DNA of 12,649 bases, taken from Candidatus Heimdallarchaeota archaeon (GTDB taxonomy: Archaea; Asgardarchaeota; Heimdallarchaeia; JABLTI01). Numbering within the stretch: position 1 is the first letter of the stretch; every line of letters begins with the position of its first letter. The position numbers and the translations under genes were made by a program. The notes below the pieces were generated by a model, which saw only the letters and a program-made list of their open reading frames with translations, ran no database searches and was not told the DNA's origin. Shown in pieces: positions 9,447 through 12,649 of the stretch. The DNA lies in NCBI GenBank assembly GCA_030614005.1, contig JAUWKS010000084.1, forward strand, positions 1 through 12,649, in the 5' to 3' direction.

Positions 9447-9513
9447 ATTCAAAGTTCGATATACAATCGTTCTTTGAATTATAACCTAAATATTGCTAAA
9501 TATAAACTTCTTG
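9447..9513 (-). promoter_or_regulatory. Putative oppBC promoter/operator
   Basis: On -: purine-rich CAAGAAG, then TTTATATTT (9506-9498). An interrupted inverted repeat follows: ATTCAAAG(9447-9454)-tt-CGAT-ataca-ATCG-tt-CTTTGAAT(9472-9479). Confidence 0.5.
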
Positions 9514-9642
9514 TGTATTAAATATCAAGGTTACGTATAGTCTGTTAAACATATAATTATCATATTTATACCTTACTTCTACATAAAAAAAAAGACTATC
9601 CTACAAAAAAAGTTTCCTTCTATTATTTTACGTTAAAGCTTT

Positions 9643-9671
9643 AAAAGGAAAAAGGGAAATGTATTTTTCCC
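9643..9671 (-). terminator. Hairpin plus T-tract directly after the 9671-10657 gene
   Basis: On -: GGGAAA-aataca-TTTCCC, then tttttcctttt. Confidence 0.5.
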
Positions 9672-10657
9672 TATGTTACTATTACACCACATTTTTTGCA
9701 AACCCTTGAACCGGATTCAACTAATGTGCCACAAACTTTGCAAGTATGAATCGTCTTGCGTTCATATAATTCTTCTGTAGGCTGACTTAAGTGAATTTGT
9801 TGGCCAACCAATTGAGCTTTAAGATTTTTAGGATTGCCAAGTATTTTCATCATATCCTCTGGAATAGAAATACGATTTTGATTATCGACAGCTAATCTTC
9901 GAGTTCCTGCGAGATCTCTCAAACGAATGTTACTGTCATGTGTTGCTAAAATCACTCCATCTTCAATTTCAATGGTACGTTCTGCACGAGAAGCTACTTG
10001 TTGTGCATGAGTAGCTAATAGGAGAGCAACACCCAATTCACGATTGATTTCATCTAACACATCAAGAACATGCTCACCTGTTAATGGGTCGAGTGAAGCT
10101 GTTACTTCATCTGCAATTATCAATTTAGGATTTGTTATAAGGGCTGCAGCAAGTGCGACACGTTGTTTTTCACCACCAGATAACATGCCTGGTCGATGTT
10201 TTTTCCGTTCACTCAAACCAACTAAATCAACTAGCATATCACATCGTTCATCAATTTCGCTATTTTCCATCCCTGCTAAATGTCCACCTAACTTAACATT
10301 TTGAACGACATTTAAATGAGGAATAAGTTTAGTTTCTTGAAAAACTAATCCAGCAAATTTTCTACGAGCACGAACAATTTGTTCTGGGGAGAGTCTTGAG
10401 ATGTCTCGAGATATTCCTGACCAGAATATTTTTCCAGAAGTCGGGGGTAAAAGTCCAGCTGAAATATTCACTAAAGTTGATTTACCAGCACCAGAAGGAC
10501 CAATTAATGCTACTTTTTCACCAGGATAAATAGTCATAGAAACTCCACGAAGAGCTATAGTCTCTGTTTTCTCACTTTGATATATTTTATAAACTTCTTC
10601 GATGTTCAAAATTGGCATTTTTAATTTAGATTGACCAGCAGCCATTTTTATACCCAA
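9671..10657 (-). CDS. LolD/MacB-type ABC ATPase with C-terminal AbrB/SpoVT-like segment and zinc ribbon
   Basis: Motifs GPSGAGKST, VFQ, LSGGEKQR, LIIADE and ATH. After the ATPase domain come 'RRLAVDNQNRISIPEDMMKILG' (aa 253-274) and CKVC-X10-CKKC (aa 306-323). The listed start is a TTG; ATG 10645 or 10618 may be the real start. Confidence 0.88.
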   Translation of the reverse strand: MGIKMAAGQSKLKMPILNIEEVYKIYQSEKTETIALRGVSMTIYPGEKVALIGPSGAGKSTLVNISAGLLPPTSGKIFWSGISRDISRLSPEQIVRARRKFAGLVFQETKLIPHLNVVQNVKLGGHLAGMENSEIDERCDMLVDLVGLSERKKHRPGMLSGGEKQRVALAAALITNPKLIIADEVTASLDPLTGEHVLDVLDEINRELGVALLLATHAQQVASRAERTIEIEDGVILATHDSNIRLRDLAGTRRLAVDNQNRISIPEDMMKILGNPKNLKAQLVGQQIHLSQPTEELYERKTIHTCKVCGTLVESGSRVCKKCGVIVT

Positions 10658-10807
10658 TGAATTTGATAGTAATTCCCATATTTTAATGTATTATCTAGTC
10701 TAAAATGGTTTCTTTAAAATATCCTCTTGTTAAAAAAAAATAGTTGTTTCTTAGAAAACTTGCAGAAATTTAAATAATGAGGTAAAGGAACGAAATTCAT
10801 AGGATAA

Positions 10808-10850
10808 TTTATGGAAAGAGAAGTTGTAAGACTATCCATAAAGTTTATAC
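10808..10850 (+). promoter_or_regulatory. Possible promoter of the membrane-protein gene
   Basis: TTTATA box at 10844-10849. An 8-bp inverted repeat immediately precedes it: TTTATGGA(10808-10815)-N19-TCCATAAA(10835-10842). AGGAG lies at 10880-10884. Confidence 0.3.
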
Positions 10851-10896
10851 CGAGATTAGAGAAAATATTAAAAGCATAAAGGAGCAAAACCTACCT

Positions 10897-11847
10897 ATGA
10901 GCACCATAACTAAAGAGAAGGAGCAACAACATGAATCCAAAGTTATGTCTACTTGGGATAAAATGAAATCCTTCAAAGCGAAACCATTTAAACAGTATAT
11001 CGGTCCAACAGGAGTTTGGATGTTATGCTACTATTTTATATCAATATTCATAATGATTGCAATGAATGTCGCTCGAGTGGGATGGTCAGGAGAAGCAATA
11101 TTTGCCGCTCCAGCACACTTTGCTCAGTTATTTCTTAATTATGGTTTAAATGCTGGAAAAGTTGCTGCAGATCCATTGGACACAGTAAATGATTTCTATC
11201 TTGAAAAAATTGAATTTGGTAGGCCATTAATGTCTGCATCATGGTTATTCGCTCCAGTGATTGTTTATGTTATTGGGTTAATGCTTTCTATACTCAGTGG
11301 TTCTGGTTATCCACAACCAACAGGAGATTATGGTTATCTGGAGAACTTCTTTTATTTCCATGAAAGAACGGTTGCATTAAATGGTGATCCATTAGCTGAT
11401 AACCCAGGAAAGAGTGGTGGATTCTATTTTCTAATTGTCTGGTTACCGGTCATCCTTTCAGCAATTATAGGGGCAATAATTTCGAAAAGGCTGTTCACAA
11501 AAGATCCGAAACAACATAAATCATTCAATGTTATAAAAATAATGATGTATAATTTGTTTGCTGGATTTATTGTAGGATTACAAATGGGATATATGACAGG
11601 TAAAGTTACATTTAATATTTGGTTATCAATAGCAACAATTGTCACTTCTTCCTACGATAATACAGGTTACATTTTCTCAGGACAATACAATCCCAATGTA
11701 ATTATGTTTACTTCTTGGTTTGTGAATTTTATACCAATAATAATTGTTGCAGCCATTTACATCCTTTACAGTCCATTTGAAGATAAGATTACAAATCTAA
11801 TTAAGGGAAATCCAAAAATGCAAATGGAAGAAGTAGAACAATCTTAA
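10897..11847 (+). CDS. Hypothetical multi-pass membrane protein (about 5-6 TM segments)
   Basis: 316-aa ORF with hydrophobic stretches at about aa 38-58, 112-134, 176-196, 214-232 and 268-291. It has a charged N-terminus and an acidic C-terminus. I do not recognise the family. Confidence 0.8.
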   Translation: MSTITKEKEQQHESKVMSTWDKMKSFKAKPFKQYIGPTGVWMLCYYFISIFIMIAMNVARVGWSGEAIFAAPAHFAQLFLNYGLNAGKVAADPLDTVNDFYLEKIEFGRPLMSASWLFAPVIVYVIGLMLSILSGSGYPQPTGDYGYLENFFYFHERTVALNGDPLADNPGKSGGFYFLIVWLPVILSAIIGAIISKRLFTKDPKQHKSFNVIKIMMYNLFAGFIVGLQMGYMTGKVTFNIWLSIATIVTSSYDNTGYIFSGQYNPNVIMFTSWFVNFIPIIIVAAIYILYSPFEDKITNLIKGNPKMQMEEVEQS

Positions 11848-11874
11848 ACTTAAATAGAATATCAATACTTAACC

Positions 11875-11909
11875 AGCGGTTAATTCCGCTATAAAATCTT
11901 TTTTTATTT
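11875..11909 (+). terminator. Short hairpin plus T-tract after the membrane-protein gene
   Basis: AGCGG-ttaatt-CCGCT (11875-11890), then ataaaatctttttttatttt. Confidence 0.45.
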
Positions 11910-11923
11910 TAGTTTCATCAGTT

Positions 11924-11972
11924 AAAAAAAATTATTGAGGGTTTTTCCACAATAATGTGAAATAGACCTCAA
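11924..11972 (-). terminator. Extended hairpin plus T-tract after the ProRS fragment
   Basis: On -: TTGAGG...TTCACA-ttat-TGTGGA...CCTCAA, then a T8 run (11931-11924). Confidence 0.45.
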
Positions 11973-12012
11973 GTTACTATTTTTTGGTAAATTATTACTT
12001 TCATTAAATGCC

Positions 12013-12516
12013 TCAATATCTTTTAGCTAGAACTGATATTCTACCTTTTTCTGAACATATTGAACAATCTACTCGAGTATTCTTTAATTCAAGATCAAAG
12101 CCTAGTAAAGCGAATTCAGATAATTCCTCAAGTGCTTCTGCACATTTCTGCGTACCGCACCAATTTACTAGATACATTTTATCATGTTCAAGATTATGCT
12201 CTTCTAAATAGTTTTTAAATGAAAGTTCGGTTAAATCTTGTATCTGCTCATCATAAGTTTGTGCTATTTTGTTTCGCAAATCTTTGCTGATGGTTCTGAG
12301 GAGAGCAGATATTTTTTCCGTTAGTCGTTTATCATTGAGTTTTAGTGTTGCCTTCGTAAGAAGATCTCTTCGTGTAACAGTAATTTCTCGAACTTGAAAT
12401 TCATTATTTCCTATCTCAAAGCGTAAAGGAATGCCCAAACGCTCAGTTTCGTAAAACTTCGCTCCAGGAGTTGTAAGATCACAATCTATTAATTGAATCT
12501 TAAACCGTTCCTTTTT
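12013..12516 (-). pseudogene. proS: 5'-truncated prolyl-tRNA synthetase (archaeal/eukaryote type): partial anticodon-binding domain plus C-terminal Zn-binding domain
   Basis: The reading frame is open from 12516: KKERFKIQLIDCDLTTPGAKFYETERLGIPLRFEIGNNE...RRD...WCGTQKCAE...CSIC...VLAKRY. This matches the ProRS pattern 'rv..Dd.d..PG.KF...E..GvPlRiEiG..d...RRD...WCG...C...C..C...fAk.Y'. An in-frame TAA lies at 12519-12517, and no frame in the window encodes a catalytic domain. Confidence 0.75.
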
Positions 12517-12584
12517 TTATGGACAAATAGGACATCTATCCATTCTCAGTCACCGTAACAAGCAAGTTGATGCAATTCATTTCT

Positions 12585-12649
12585 GAGCCCCCACTAGGAA
12601 CAGTCGAGTGGGGGATTCCCGAGTCGGTATACGGCACGGGGCTGGAGCC
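12585..12649. other. GC-rich double-hairpin segment running off the window; possible IS200/IS605-type right end or structured RNA
   Basis: 43 of 65 nt are G+C in an AT-rich window. Hairpin 1 is CCCCCACT(12588-12595)/AGTGGGGG(12607-12614). Hairpin 2 is CCCG-A-GTCG-gtata-CGGC-A-CGGG (12618-12640). Identity is not established. Confidence 0.4.

Noticed and set aside
10897-11847. Rhodopsin or GPCR-like identity for the membrane protein
   Set aside because: It has fewer than seven clear TM segments and no retinal-binding Lys motif in the last helix.
7366-12211. ORFs 7366-7752, 8709-8903, 10044-10304, 11424-11645 and 12008-12211
   Set aside because: All lie antisense within well-supported genes or the ProRS fragment.
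12510-12520. Classical -1 programmed frameshift at the A-run joining ATG 12535 to the ProRS frame
   Set aside because: The join needs +1 (loss of one base). A -1 shift leads to a stop within a few codons.
12520-12640. Group II intron 3' end on - (GCCGTATACC...TACGGT...CCTAT...CAT)
   Set aside because: There is no AGC/CGC catalytic triad, and the two putative domain-V strands are about 70 nt apart instead of forming a ~34-nt hairpin.
12607-12649. tRNA 5' half on + (GTGGGGGATTCCCGAGTCGG... resembles class II tRNA starts)
   Set aside because: The D-stem does not pair properly and no canonical anticodon loop can be built in the visible part; the sequence is truncated.
1-12649. CRISPR array, tandem repeats, rRNA
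   Set aside because: I saw no regularly spaced repeats or rRNA-like sequence, and the intergenic gaps are all under 450 nt.

Overview
AT-rich window of probable archaeal origin. The evidence is an archaeal/eukaryote-type ProRS C-terminus, GGTGA ribosome-binding sites and TATA-like boxes; an Asgard/Heimdallarchaeia-like source is my inference only. ABC transport genes dominate. A family-5 (Opp/Dpp/Nik-type) importer is complete but scrambled: the binding protein runs off the left edge on -, oppF then oppD lie on +, and oppB-oppC lie on -, converging on them. A MacB/LolCDE-like system (ATPase plus 958-aa two-module FtsX-type permease) sits between the binding protein and oppF. A second LolD/MacB-type ATPase carries a C-terminal AbrB/SpoVT-like segment and a 4-Cys zinc ribbon, and is divergent from an unrecognised multi-pass membrane protein. 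At the right end is an intact-looking C-terminal third of prolyl-tRNA synthetase. Its homology stops abruptly at an A7 run, and upstream of it is a GC-rich double-hairpin segment running off the window (possible IS200/IS605-type end or structured RNA). Most genes are ordinary. The most interesting signals are the ATPase-AbrB-Zn fusion, a shared TTCAA-N21-TTGAA palindrome at two transporter promoters, and the ProRS junction. I saw no CRISPR array, rRNA or confident tRNA.
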